This document shows, piece after piece, positions 43,957 through 56,735 of a stretch of DNA of 64,000 nucleotides (positions are counted from its first letter, which is position 1; each line of letters begins with the position of its first letter). Under the pieces are notes generated by a model. That model was given only the letters and a program-made list of their open reading frames with translations, made no database searches and was not told where the DNA came from. The position numbers and the translations under genes are program-made. The stretch comes from Octopus sinensis. Its lineage: Eukaryota. Location of the stretch: the NCBI RefSeq assembly GCF_006345805.1, contig NC_043009.1, positions 62,992,001 through 63,056,000 of the forward strand, in the 5' to 3' direction.

Positions 43957-44165
43957 AGGCGTCGAGCTGGAAGAATCGTTAGAGCACTGGCCAAAAGGCT
44001 TGGCGGCATTTCTTCCATTTTTTACGTTCTGAGTTCAAACTCCGCCAAGGTCGACTTTCTCTTTCACCCCTTCGAAGCCGATAGAATAAGTATCAATTGA
44101 GCAATGAGGTAGATGTAATCGACTAGCCCCCTTCCCGAAAATCCCTGGCATTGTGCCTATAATAA
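43957..44165 (+). mobile_element. Family B (CORE) SINE, diverged
   Basis: AAGGCGTCGAGCTGGAAGAATCGTTAGAGCAC head; GAGTTCAAAC B-box. Confidence 0.8.
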
Positions 44166-44859
44166 ACAAGATTACATTATGACTTCTTCCACCTTTTAGA
44201 TATTCTCGTTGCAAGCAACAGAACATCAAACCAAGCTTCACGGGAAAAAAGAAAAATAATTATTTTCTTAGATAAAAGCCATGATGTGATATTACGTTTG
44301 TTTACGTTATTAGTGATGAGGTGGGGACATGCAGTTTCTTTGGCACCATTTATCCATCCTAAAGAATCATAATCTTATTGATTAGTTTCACTTTTGATGA
44401 GAAACAAAATTGTACATCTTAGGAGGAGATGAAACGGAATTTTTCAGCGAGCCTGCCATTTCTAAACGTTAATTCTAAACGTACATAAAAGTGGAAATCG
44501 TTTGATTACGATAGGAAACAAGACCTTAGTATCGACTCACAATGATCTTACTGCATGTTGTCACGTGAAGATGTTACAGTTTCATACAAATCTTACTATC
44601 GATGTAGATCAATATCTTCAATAATAAACATCACAGTACACTTTTGTTTCAGCAGTGTCAACAGCATTTTAGTCGATGTTTTTTCATTTTTTTCTGAGCG
44701 TGACAATTATATAAACTGATGAATAAAGGTAGTAAATTTTAGTGGTGTTAGCACTCTCAGCATTAAGTTTGAAGTTTGAGCAGAAGTACCCGAGTGGAAA
44801 ACGCGACTAGAAAATTTAAAATACAAAAAAAAAAAAAAAAAAAAAATGATTCTTTCCTG

Positions 44860-45055
44860 TTATTAACGACCAATTTTGCTTTATAGTTCTATATTTAAGA
44901 GATGAGGAATTATGTACATTATTTACATTTGACGGATATTCGCCCTCATCTTTTTTGTTGTTAACATAACATTTCGGCTGATATACCCTCCAGCCTTCAT
45001 CAGGTATCTCGGGGAAATTTCGAACTTGGGTTCTCATTCCTAAGGTATTTTACGA
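44860..45055 (-). mobile_element. Penelope-like terminal fragment
   Basis: Homologous to 1491-1612; contains a hammerhead core. Confidence 0.6.
44963..45008 (-). ncRNA. Minimal hammerhead motif, core intact, stems partly decayed
   Basis: GAUAC-CUGAUGA-A-[GGCUG GAGGGUAUAU CAGCC]-GAA-AUGU-U-AUGUU. Confidence 0.5.
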
Positions 45056-45780
45056 TGTTGTTGTTGTTGTTGTTGTTATTATAATTATATGTGGGGGATG
45101 TGCAATTTTGATTTATTTAATAAAGGATTACCAAACAAACTATTGCACTCTTAAGACGCGTGAAATAGTAGATCAGCGGACTTTCGGAACAGCCATCACT
45201 TTCTCATAAACAAGGAAAAGAGAAAGAAACCAGATAATTGTCTTTTTGTGCAAAAAGATTTTTTGACCAGATATTGATTTAAAAAAAAAACATTTTTGCC
45301 ATCAAATTACGCATCCTTTTCCGGTACATTTTTACTGGAACTTTTCTTCTGGAGGTAGATATGTATCCCGAAAGTTCGCCGACCAACTAACTACTCGTAA
45401 TAGTTTATTTACGAATCCTTTTGTAAATTAAAAAAAAATTCGCTGGAAGCACCGAAGAACTATCGTTTAGTGCTGGATGCTTGAGAAGGAAATGATGTAT
45501 CCTTAATGCAATTTTGGTAATAATAACAGTTTTAAAATGTGGAGTGAGTAAAATATCACAAAAGTATCTGACGGATATTATAATAATGCACCGGACTAGA
45601 GACTTCACCACCTCTCTTTCCCTTCCACCTACTTATCTTCCTCTCTCTCTCTTTCAAACTTTTCCTTATACCTAATTTCACTATGACCGATTACACAAGT
45701 GTTATTAATAAATTAGGTAAGCAAGAGGAATGTTTCGTTTACTGATGAACTGTTCAATTACGAAATATAAATCTAAGAAA

Positions 45781-46820
45781 GGTGTATTTTCCGGTATACA
45801 AGTCGACGTGGTACGAGGGGTACCGAAAAGGAACCGGAGACGTTCTCTGTGGGACAAGCCCTTTGTAGTTCATGCTTCCGCCGCTAGAAGCCACTTGATA
45901 TAACTCTCAGGCATCAGTTTGCCGACAGGAGTCGTCGGCTGTAGCTGTACTGCCACGTGATGGTTTTGCAGTGCCTCTCCCTTGTTCGTCGATTTTTGTG
46001 ATGCTGAAAACGAAGGAACCGATTGCTTCTGAGAAATCCTGTTTTCTGCCGAGGAAAACAGCGGCTAAAACAGTTGTCAAGCTTCAAACAGCTTACAACG
46101 ACACTGCCATGAGCAATACACAAGTTTACAAGTGGTTTTTACGCTTGAAGACCAACTTCGTTCAGGATGACCGTCGACCTCCCGAACGAATGAAAACATC
46201 ATGAAAATTCACGAACTGATCTTGGAGGACCGTCACCGAACAATTGACGAACTTGTTGTTATGACTGGTGTGTCCTGGAGCTCCTGCCAACGTATTTTGA
46301 GCGAGGAATTGCGACAAAATTTGTGCCTCACTTGCTCACGGAAGATCAAAAACAGTCACGACTGAATGTGTATCGTGAACCGAAAGCGCAGTTGGAAGTT
46401 GATACAGATCTTTTTTCGAAGGTCATCATTGGTGACGAAAGCTGGTGCTACGGAATTTGAAGACGGAGGCGTTAAAAGCATCACTTCGTGAGAGATCCAG
46501 CACTTCTTCGAACAGTGAAAAACGATCCTGGACCGATGCATTGCTTCAAATGGAGAATACTTAGAAGGCGATAAAAGTGTAAACATATAAAACTAGGTGA
46601 ATAAAATAATATTGCAAAATTGCGGTTTCTTTTGGGTTGTCCCTCGTGTAAACATGGAGCGTAAACATTCAAACATCGTCACTATCTTTCGAAATCCTGT
46701 TGCTTTTTCACGTAGAAGTTTTTGTCCTCCAAACTCATCTTGTTGTATAAGTCGAGCTGCCTTTTTTCGGCTGTAAATTGTGGTCAGAAAAAATTCGACT
46801 TGTATGTCAAAAATACGGTA
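45781..46820. mobile_element. pogo/Tigger-like MITE hosting a mariner insertion
   Basis: Left GTGTATTTTCCGGTATACAAGTCGAC and right GACTTGTATGTCAAAAATACGGTA are degenerate inverted ends. Confidence 0.5.
45814..46646 (+). mobile_element. Internally deleted mariner transposon
   Basis: TA|CGAGGGGTACCGAAAAGGAACCG and CGGTTTCTTTTGGGTTGTCCCTCG TIRs; coding remnants KTAAKTV..LQTAY.DTAMSNTQVYKWF, FVPHLLTEDQK..., VIIGDESWCYG and CIASNGEYLEG; most of the catalytic domain is missing. Confidence 0.88.
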
Positions 46821-47557
46821 TATTTAATGAATTAAGAAAAGAAGTGGAGAAAAATATTTCTAGTGGCGTCTTTTCGACTGGGAAGAAAATCATCTTTAAT
46901 TTTCCGATGATGGATTTCTTGAAATTTGATAGAAATTCAATCGTTTTCTGAAATTAATTTTAGTAAAATCTTCGTACAATATTATAAAGTGCATAATGCG
47001 TATTCTCTGTCTATTCATCATATCAGCACTGTACATTACTGAGGACCAAGCCTTTGTGTTATCTGGTCTGAACAGACGCATGCATAGCCGTCCCACAATA
47101 TTAGTTGGGTTAGGGTTAGGTAAACATAAAATATTTTGCTTCTTTTTCTTGAGAAATCTGAATATCCATTGCAAATAAGAGACTGACTAAAAGAAAGCAG
47201 GAAACTCTTATTTGTTTTACCTTTTATATAATTTTGTTTTCAAAGCAACTTGCCATATATCTGAAAGTAACGTATAAGAGATTTGGAGTCAGCTGACTTT
47301 CGGTGTATAGTGACAGTCGAAAAAAAAAAGAATCCGTCAAAGGTTTCTTTAACGCCAGGTTAAACAACTGAAGATGTACGGAAATAGACTGGACAATGCA
47401 ATAAAAGCAATGTATCCAAACTACCACACTGCCAGTGGCCCAGCAACAAAATTTGCTAAGGGGGTGCAAACCCAGGTCCTAATTTTTTTAATGAAAAATG
47501 TGGATTTTTCCAATGTTAACATTAAAACAAATGCAGGTATAATAATTTTCATTATTA

Positions 47558-47960
47558 TGAGGATCGGCTGAAATGTTCATAATCTGAGCAAGACATTCTC
47601 AATGGAATGTGACCAAATGAAGTTCATTTTCTAACATAGTTCCTCTTACTGTCCACACTCTTCCATAAGTAGTTGCAGTGCTTGGGTCGCACTGGTGAAG
47701 AAGCTTTATTGATGATCAAAATGGTCATCAACAACAGATAAGATGTTCTGGTGCTCAGCTGAGTGTTTTTCTATGTTGGGAAACAGATGATAACCAGAAG
47801 GAACCAAATCACTAACATAGGGAGCATGATCAACCAGTGCAAAGCCAGTCACATACAGCAGCCATTGAAACCAAGGATTTGTGTGCTGAAGCATTGTCCT
47901 AATGAAACAAGTTTTCATCAGTTTTTCTGGGTGTTTGGTCTTGATAGCCTTTCATAACTG
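47558..47960 (-). mobile_element. Mariner 3' fragment
   Basis: GFALVDHAPYVSDLVPSGYHLFP resembles the HPPYSPDLAPSDY motif; TIR-like TA|TGAGGATCGGCTGAAATGTTCATA. Confidence 0.75.
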
Positions 47961-48349
47961 CCTTAGGAAGTTGGTATTGAAATTTTCCATTGATGGTGTG
48001 ATCATTTTGAAGATAGCCAATAAACACAATATTTTTTTCATTAATGCATAGTATATATAATAATGTGAAGTATATTTTGCATATTAAAATGTTTAATTTT
48101 GGAAATGTATCAAGCAGAGCTAAAATAAGCAGTAAAAATACAAATTGCAAGTATTTTAAAATGTGGGACACTACATGACAAAAACTAACAAAAAAGGAAG
48201 AAAATAGTGGTGCTTGTGTTCCAAATGTACAATGAGAAGGCTCAGGAGAAGGAAAGAGAGATGGGGTCGAGGAAAGGAAGTTAGAAGGAAAGAAAAGAAT
48301 GAAAAGTGAAATGATAAATTGGGGATCTGAAATGATTACTAGGCTGGAA

Positions 48350-48542
48350 ATTGGCCCCTGTGCCGGTGGCACGTAAAAACAGCACCCACTACACTCTCAG
48401 AGTGGTTGGCGTTAGGAAGGGCATCCAGCTGTAGAAACACTGCCAGATCAGACTGGAGCCTGGTGCAGCCTCCTGGCTTCCCAGGCCCAAATCGAACCAT
48501 TCAACCTATTCTAGCATGAAAAATGGATATTAAACGATGATG
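48350..48542 (+). mobile_element. SINE family A (short, one module)
   Basis: Homology and (GAT)n tail. Confidence 0.85.
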
Positions 48543-48839
48543 TCTTACCTATGCACTGGTCAAGTAGAAAAATGATGAGTGACAAAAAATTAGATTGTCT
48601 TTTGTTACCAAAAATGTGAAGAAAGGCAGTAGAGAAGGTTAGGGAAGAGCAAGTAGGAAGAAAGAGAGAGTGCGGATAAATAAGGGAATAAAGATAGACA
48701 GTAGATAGTTGACAGAGATGGACAGAGGAAGAAATGGAAGGCAGTAAAGAGAGAAAAGCAGCAGATATGTAGAGAGGTAGATAGAGGGGAGAGAAGAAGG
48801 ACAGAGAAAAGAGACAGTCTTGCACCAAATATTTCTCAT

Positions 48840-51800
48840 GAAGTTTTCGACCAAATTTTCCGGCAGTAAGAAAATCCTCGGAACTACCCAGGAAGTTTTC
48901 GAACAAATTTCCCGGAAGTCAGGAAATCATCGAAACTTCACAGGAGATTTTCGACGTAATTTTCCGGAAGTCAGAAAATTCTCGGAACTTCCCAGGAAGT
49001 TTTCGACCAAATTTCCTGGAAGATAGAAAATCCCCGGAACTTCCCAGGAAGTTTCGACCAAATTTCCCGGAAATCAGAAAAACCTCGGAGCTTCCAAGGA
49101 GGTTTTTGACCAAATTTTCCCGGAAGTAAGAAAATCGCCGGAACTTCCCAGGTAGTTTTTCGACCAAATTTCCCAGAAGGCAGAAAATCCTCGGAACTTC
49201 CCAAGTTTTCGACCAAATTTCCCAGAAGTCAGAAAATCTTCCGAACATCCCAGGAAATTTTCGACTAAATTTTCTGGAAGTCAGAAATTCATCGGAACTT
49301 CCCAGGAAATTTTCGATCAAATTTTCTGGAAGTCACAAATACATCGGAAGTTCCCAGGAAGTTTCGACCAAATTTTCCGTACGACAGAAGTTCCTCGGAA
49401 TTTCCCAGGAAGTTTTCGACCAAATTTCCAGGAAGGCAGAAAATCATAGGAACTTCCCAGGAAGTTTACGACCAAAATTTCCGGAAGTTAGAAAATCATC
49501 GGAACTTCCCCGGAAGTCATCGACAAAATTTTCCGAAAGATAGAAAATACTCAGAATTTCCCAGGAAGTTTTCGACCAAATGTTCCGGAAGTAAAAAAAT
49601 CCTCGGAACTTCAAGGGAAGTTTTCGACCAAATTTCCCAGAAGCCAGAAAATCTTGGGAACCTCCCAGGAATTTTCGACCAAATTTTCTGGGTGTCACAA
49701 ATTCATCGGAACTCCCCAGAAAGTTTTCGACCAAATTTCCCGGAAGACAGAAAATCTTCGGACTTCCCAAGAAGATCTCGACCAAATTTTCCGGAAGTTA
49801 GAAAATCCCCGGAAGTTCCCCGTAAGTTTCGACCAAATTTTCCGGAAGTCAGAAATTCATCGGAACTTCCCCGGAAGTTTTCTACCAAATTTCACGCAAG
49901 TCACAAAATCTACGGAGCACCTCAGGAAGTTTCGACCAAATTTCCCGGAAGTTAGCAAAACCCCGGAACTTCCCCGGAAGTTTTCGACCAAATTTACCGT
50001 AAGATAGAGAATCCTCGGAACATCCCAGGAAGTTTTCGACCAAATTTCCTGGAAGAAAGAAAACCCTCAGAACTTCCCAGAAAGTTTTCGACCAAATTTC
50101 CCGAAGACAGAAAATCCTCGGACCTTCCCAGGAAGATTTCGACCAAATTTTCCGGAAGTTAGAAAATCAGCGGAACTTCCCCGTCAGTTTTCGACCAAAT
50201 TTATTGATCCTAGGAACATCACAAAGTTTTCGACCAAATTTCCCGGAAGGCAGAAAACCCTCGGACCTTTCCAGGAAGATTTCGACCAAAATTTTCCGGA
50301 AGAAAGAAAATCCTCAGAACTTCCCAGAAAATTTTCGACCAAATTTCCCGAAGACAGAAAATGCTCAGGACCTTCCCAGGAAGATTTCGACCAAAATTTT
50401 CCGGAAGTTAGAAAATCAGCGGAACTTCCCCGTCAGTTTTCGACCAAATTTAGTTAAGATAGAAAATCCCCGGAACATCCCAAAGTTTTTCGACCAAATT
50501 TCCCGGAAGGCAGAAAACCCTCGGACCTGTCCAGGAGTTTTCGACCAAAATTTTCCGGAAGTCAGAAAATTCTCGGAACTTCCCAGGAAGTTTTCGACCA
50601 AATTTCCTGGAAGATAGAAAATCCCCGGAACTTCCCAGGAAGTTTCGACCAAATTTCCCGGAAATCAGAAAAACCTCGGAGCTTCCAAGGAGGTTTTTGA
50701 CCAAATTTCCGGAAGTAAGAAAATCGCCGGAACTTCCCAGGTAGTTTTTCGACCAAATTTCCCAGAAGGCAGAAAATCCTCGGAACTTCCCAAGTTTTCG
50801 ACCAAATTTCCCAGAAGTCAGAAAATCTTCCGAACATCCCAGGAAATTTTCGACTAAATTTTCTGGAAGTCAGAAATTCATCGGAACTTCCCAGGAAATT
50901 TTCGATCAAATTTTCTGGAAGTCACAAATACATCGGAAGTTCCCAGGAAGTTTCGACCAAATTTTCCGTACGACAGAAGTTCCTCGGAATTTCCCAGGAA
51001 GTTTTCGACCAAATTTCCAGGAAGGCAGAAAATCATAGGAACTTCCCAGGAAGTTTACGACCAAAATTTCCGGAAGTTAGAAAATCATCGGAACTTCCCC
51101 GGAAGTCATCGACAAAATTTTCCGAAAGATAGAAAATACTCAGAATTTCCCAGGAAGTTTTCGACCAAATGTTCCGGAAGTAAAAAAATCCTCGGAACTT
51201 CAAGGGAAGTTTTCGACCAAATTTCCCAGAAGCCAGAAAATCTTGGGAACCTCCCAGGAATTTTCGACCAAATTTCTGGGTGTCACAAATTCATCGGAAC
51301 TCCCCAGAAAGTTTTCGACCAAATTTCCCGGAAGACAGAAAATCTTCGGACTTCCCAAGAAGATCTCGACCAAATTTTCCGGAAGTTAGAAAATCCCCGG
51401 AAGTTCCCCGTAAGTTTCGACCAAATTTTCCGGAAGTCAGAAATTCATCGGAACTTCCCCGGAAGTTTTCTACCAAATTTCACGCAAGTCACAAAATCTA
51501 CGGAGCACCTCAGGAAGTTTCGACCAAATTTCCCGGAAGTTAGCAAAACCCCGGAACTTCCCCGGAAGTTTTCGACCAAATTTACCGTAAGATAGAGAAT
51601 CCTCGGAACATCCCAGGAAGTTTTCGACCAAATTTCCTGGAAGAAAGAAAACCCTCAGAACTTCCCAGAAAGTTTTCGACCAAATTTCCCGAAGACAGAA
51701 AATCCTCGGACCTTCCCAGGAAGATTTCGACCAAATTTTCCGGAAGTTAGAAAATCAGCGGAACTTCCCCGTCAGTTTTCGACCAAATTTATTGATCCTA

Positions 51801-54568
51801 GGAACATCACAAAGTTTTCGACCAAATTTCCCGGAAGGCAGAAAACCCTCGGACCTTTCCAGGAAGATTTCGACCAAATTTCCTGGAAGAAAGAAAATCC
51901 TCAGAACTTCCCAGAAAATTTTCGACCAAATTTCCCGAAGACAGAAAATGCTCGGACCTTCCCAGGAAGATTTCGACCAAATTTTCCGGAAGTTAGAAAA
52001 TCAGCGGAACTTCCCCGTCAGTTTTCGACCAAATTTATTGTAAGATAGAAAATCCTAGGAACATCACAAAGTTTTCGACCAAATTTCCCGGAAGGCAGAA
52101 AACCCTCGGACCTGTCCAGGAAGATTTCGACCAAATTTTCCGGAAGTCAGAAATTCATCGGATCTTCCCCGGAAGTTTTCGACTAAATTCCACACAAAAT
52201 CTACGGAGCACCCCAGGAAGTTCCCCGGAAGTTTTCGACCAAATTTACCGTAAGATAGAGAATCCTCGGAACATCCCAGGAAGTTAGAAAATCCCCGGAA
52301 CTTCCCCGTAAGTTTTCGACCAAATATTCCGGAATTCAGAAATTCATCGGAACTTCCCCGGAAGTTTTCGACTAAATTTCACACAAAATCTACGGAGCAC
52401 CCTAGGAAGTTTTCGACCAAATTTCCTGGAACTTCCCATGAAATTTTCGACCAAACTTTCCGGAAGTCAGAAAATCCTCGGAACTTCACAGGAAGTTTTC
52501 GACCAAATTTTCCGTGTGTAGTGGAACAGCTTGAAAGGGGATGATCTTGGATTACTACGTACAACAACTGCTGGATCAAAGCACCAAGGATCATAGAACA
52601 AAACGAACACGAGCACTGCTCCTCGAGGGTAGCAAGAGTTTTCATAACTATAATTGGCTGTGTGCATGATGACCGACGGCTACAAGCAGCAACAGTACTA
52701 CCAGGACTGATCTCCTGATAAGGAGCTCCCCCCTCTCTCTGCTGCCACCGTCGCCACTACAGGACTGCTAGATAAAAAAATGACCCAGGATTCTTTAACA
52801 ACCCCACTAAACATTACATACATACATTAGAAAGAGAATGACCAGAAAATCATGTGGTATCCTTTAAGCATTTAATTTATAATTCAAACATAATTGCAAA
52901 GAAGTTGTAGTAAATAAGGGATTTAGAATAATGCATAAAATCTCTTACACTTTTCTAGAATAGCGGTACAAACGGTGCATAGGTCCATTTAGCAAAAATT
53001 TCCATATGAGCCAACTATACCGGAATTTCCCAGGAAGTTTCTGACCAAATTTTCCGGAAGTCAGAAAATCCTCGGAACTTCACGGGAAGTTTTCGACCAA
53101 ATTTTCCGTACGATAGAAAATCCTCGGAATTTTCCAGGAAGTTTTCGACTAAATTTCAGGGAAGTCAGAAACTCATTGGAACTTCCCAGGAAGTTTCGGA
53201 CCAAATTTTCCGTACGATAGAAAATCCTCGGAAATTCCCCGTAAGTTTTCGACTAAATTTTCCGGAAGTCAGAAATTAATTGGAACTTCCCAGGAAGTCT
53301 TCGACGAAATTTCTCGGAAGTTAAACCCCCCGGAACATCCTAGGAAGTTTTCAATCGAATCCCCCGGAAAACAGAAAATCCTCGGAACTTCCCATAAATT
53401 TTTCGACCAAACTTTCCGGAAGTCAGAAAATCCTCGGAACTTCCCTGGAATTTGTCGGCCAAACTTTCCGTACGATAGAAAATCCTCAGAATTTTCCAGG
53501 AAGTTTTCGTCCAAATTTCCTGGAAGGCACAAAATCTTCGGAACACCTCAGGAAGTTTTCGACCAAATTTCCCGGAAGTTGTAAAATCCCCGGAACATCC
53601 CAGGAAGTTTTCGACTAAATCTCCCGGAAGACAGAAAATCATTGGAACTTCCAATGAAATTTCGACCAAACTTTCCGTAAGTCAGAAAACCTCGGAACTT
53701 CCAAGGAAGCTTTCGACCAAATTTCCCGGAAGTCACAAAATCTACGGGACCCATCGGGAAGTTTACGACCAAATTTCCCGTAAGTTAGCAAAACCCCGGA
53801 CCTTCCCCAGAAGTTTTCGACCAAATTTACTGTAAGATAGAAAATCCTCGGAACATCCCAGGAAGTTTTCGACCAAATTTCCCGGAAGTCAGAAATTAAT
53901 CGGACCTTTTTCGCCAAACTTTCCGGAAGTTAGAAAATCCTCGGAACGTCCCAGGAAGTTTTCGACCAAATTTACCGTAAAATAGAAAATCCTCGGAACA
54001 TCTCAGGAAGTTATCGACCAAATTTCGCGGAAGCCAGAAAATCCTCGGAACTTCCCATGAAATTTTCGACCAAACTTTCCCAGCAGATTTTCGACCAAAT
54101 TTTCCAGAAGTCAGAAATCCTAAGAACTTCGCCGGAAGTTTTCGACCAAATTTCCCGGAAGTCAGAAAATCTTCGGAACTTCCCAGGAAATTTTCAACCA
54201 AATTTTCTGGAAATCAGAAATTCATCGGAACTTCCCAGGAAGTTTTCGACAAAATTTTCCGGAAGATAGAAAATCCTCGGAACTTCCCAGCAGGTTTTCG
54301 ATCAAATTTTCCAGAAGTCAGAAATCCTAAGAACTTCCCAGGAAGTTTTCGACCAAATTTCTCTGAAGTCAGAAAATCTTCGGAACGTCCCAAGAAATTT
54401 TCGACCAAATGTTCTGGAAATCAGAAATTCATCGGCACTTCCCAAGAAGTTTTCGACCAAATTTCCCGGTATTCAGAAAACTTAGGAACTTCTCAGGAAA
54501 TTTTGGACTAAATTTCATGGAAGTTAGAAAATCTTCGGAACTTAGGAAGTTTTCGACCAAATTTCATG
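48840..54568 (+). repeat. About 52-bp satellite, consensus GAAGTTTTCGACCAAATTTCCCGGAAGTCAGAAAATCCTCGGAACTTCCCAG, roughly 100 units, interrupted at 52512-53022
   Basis: Direct reading; contains a near-identical tandem duplication of about 1.59 kb. Confidence 0.95.
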
Positions 54569-54886
54569 AGGTGGTTTTTGCACGTTTTATAGCAATATAA
54601 CTGGAATACTATTTTGTACAGATGCTACTTTGCTTCAGAAGTTGGTTTGTCATAAATTCCCTTGGGAATTTTAAGCCCAGCTTCATCACTTTTATTTATT
54701 TATTTTTGTTCTTTGTTTTTGCTTTGAAACGAAATCTAGCTTCAAGCATCTTATACGGATAATTTTTTGACACTATTTTCTGAAACTGGTAAAATTATGT
54801 AGGGGGTGCAAATTTTGATCTTGCACCACCTGAAAATTCCAAGGGGTGCAGGTGCACCCGCTGCACCCCCTGTTCCCGGGCCCTTG
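54569..54886 (-). mobile_element. DNA transposon (hAT-like) terminus adjoining the 52-bp satellite
   Basis: Minus strand begins CAAGGGCCCGGGAACAGGGGGTGCAGCGGGTGCACCTGCACCCC, a G/C-run terminus typical of hAT-like ends. Confidence 0.45.
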
Positions 54887-55009
54887 CACACTGCGTCCCA
54901 TGTAATTCACCAGTGCCACGTCGGAGTGCACAGTATGGTCCTCAGTTTGGCAGAGATACTGCGGATCGTGCCTAATCGTTCGGTTGACTACCTGAGTGCC
55001 ATAAGACTG

Positions 55010-55384
55010 TCTCACCAGAGTTGACCAGAAACTGCATAACAACAATCTGAGACCCCTTCCGTCACGAGACAGACCATAGGATTGCACCTAGAAAGTTACC
55101 CTCCCAGGCACAAGTCCAGGCAAGGTTGTTTTATGAAAGACCAGCAGTCGCCCATGCATACCGGTCTCCCCTCTCCACGCTACCAGTGTTATCCAATGGA
55201 AAGGCAAAGGCCGATACAGCTTGGCACCTGTGACGTCGCAACTCATTTCTACAGCTGAGCGAACTAGGGCAATGTGAAATAAAGTGTCTTGCTCAAGAAC
55301 ACAACACGCATCCCGATCCGGGATTCGAGCTCACAACCTCACGGTCGTAAGCCCGACGCTCTAACCACTGAGCCATGCGCCTTC
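55010..55384 (-). mobile_element. tRNA-derived SINE family D
   Basis: Head GGCGCATGGCTCAGTGGTTAGAGCG..GAGCTCGAATCCC with A and B boxes, followed by a non-tRNA body. Confidence 0.75.
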
Positions 55385-55449
55385 ACATAACAACAATACC
55401 ACCGCAAAAACTGTTAAGCCTGACTTGGTGCTTGCACCTCAGCAACTAC

Positions 55450-55974
55450 CCGTGTGTAGTGGAACAGCTTGAAAGGGGATGATCTGGGATTACTACGTAA
55501 CAACAACTGCTGGATCAAAGCTGACCAAGGATCATAGAACAACAACGAACACGAGCACTGCTCCATCAGAGGGTAGCAAAGAGTTCATAACTATAATTGG
55601 CTGTGTGCATGATGACCGACGGCTACAAGCAGCAACAGTACTACCAGGACTGATCTCCTGATAAGGAGCTCCCCCTTCTCTTCTGCTGCCACCGTCGCCA
55701 CTACAAGGACTGCTAGATAAAAAAACTGACCCAGGATTCTTTAACAACCCCACTAGAACATTACATACATACATTAGAAAGAGAATGAACCAGAAAATCA
55801 TGTGGTATCACTTTAGAGCATGTAATTTATAATTCAAACATAATTGCAAAGAAGTTGTAGTAAATAAGGGATTTAGAAATAATGCATAAAATCTCTTACA
55901 GCTGTTTCTAGAATAGCTGTACATACGGTGCATAGGTCATTTAGCAAAAATTTCCATATGAGCCAACTATACCG
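55450..55974 (+). repeat. 525-bp segment duplicated (511 bp) inside the satellite at 52512-53022
   Basis: Colinear sequence identity read directly. Confidence 0.92.
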
Positions 55975-56637
55975 TCTTCAGAGAAGAAGAATTAAGGAAT
56001 TTCCTTTTCAAATAATATTAGTTGTTACCATTTCCATTGTCGAAGAATTAAGGAATATCTTTAGTAAGAATTCTCAATTACTAAGAGAGCGAAAGTTGAC
56101 TGAGAAAAATAACGCAAGAATGACCCAGGGCACGAATTTAAATAACAAAAACGACAATTTATCAGGAGATTGATAAAAATTTCATCATTAAAAAGAAAAA
56201 AATTGAATTCTCTTGCTTGTTATTCATGTTTGTGTGCATACGTACGGATGTATACGATGTTTAATGTGATAGCTGTACATCTTTTACTTGAAACAAAGCG
56301 ACTTAAGTGAATATATATATATATATATATATACTGCATCTATATATACACTCATTCTCGAGTTTGATGGACATATAGCGGTACGTAAGCCGACTCAAGA
56401 AATCTCAAGAGAGACTTTTTATTGATATACCTGAAGAAACAGAGAACGGGTCGAAACATGTGTTGTACCCAATAATGTCTATTACACATTCCATCTCCTC
56501 TTTTATTAATATTGTTACCCCAACCGCCACTGCGAAGTTCCTGCAATAAATCTACGGATAACAACAGGGAATCGAAACTGTGCTGGTTCTTTACTCGTCA
56601 TCTATTTATGCATTTTGAACAATTTCTCCTTTATATA

Positions 56638-56735
<98 letters not shown>

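Noticed and set aside
47107-47120. Interstitial telomere repeat
   Set aside because: Only about two TTAGGG units.
48820-54600. Many FPGS/RKFG-rich ORFs
   Set aside because: Translations of the 52-bp satellite in all frames.
55310-55384. tRNA gene
   Set aside because: A and B boxes are present, but there is no acceptor-stem pairing and it continues into a SINE body shared with other copies; the same applies to the heads of families B and C.
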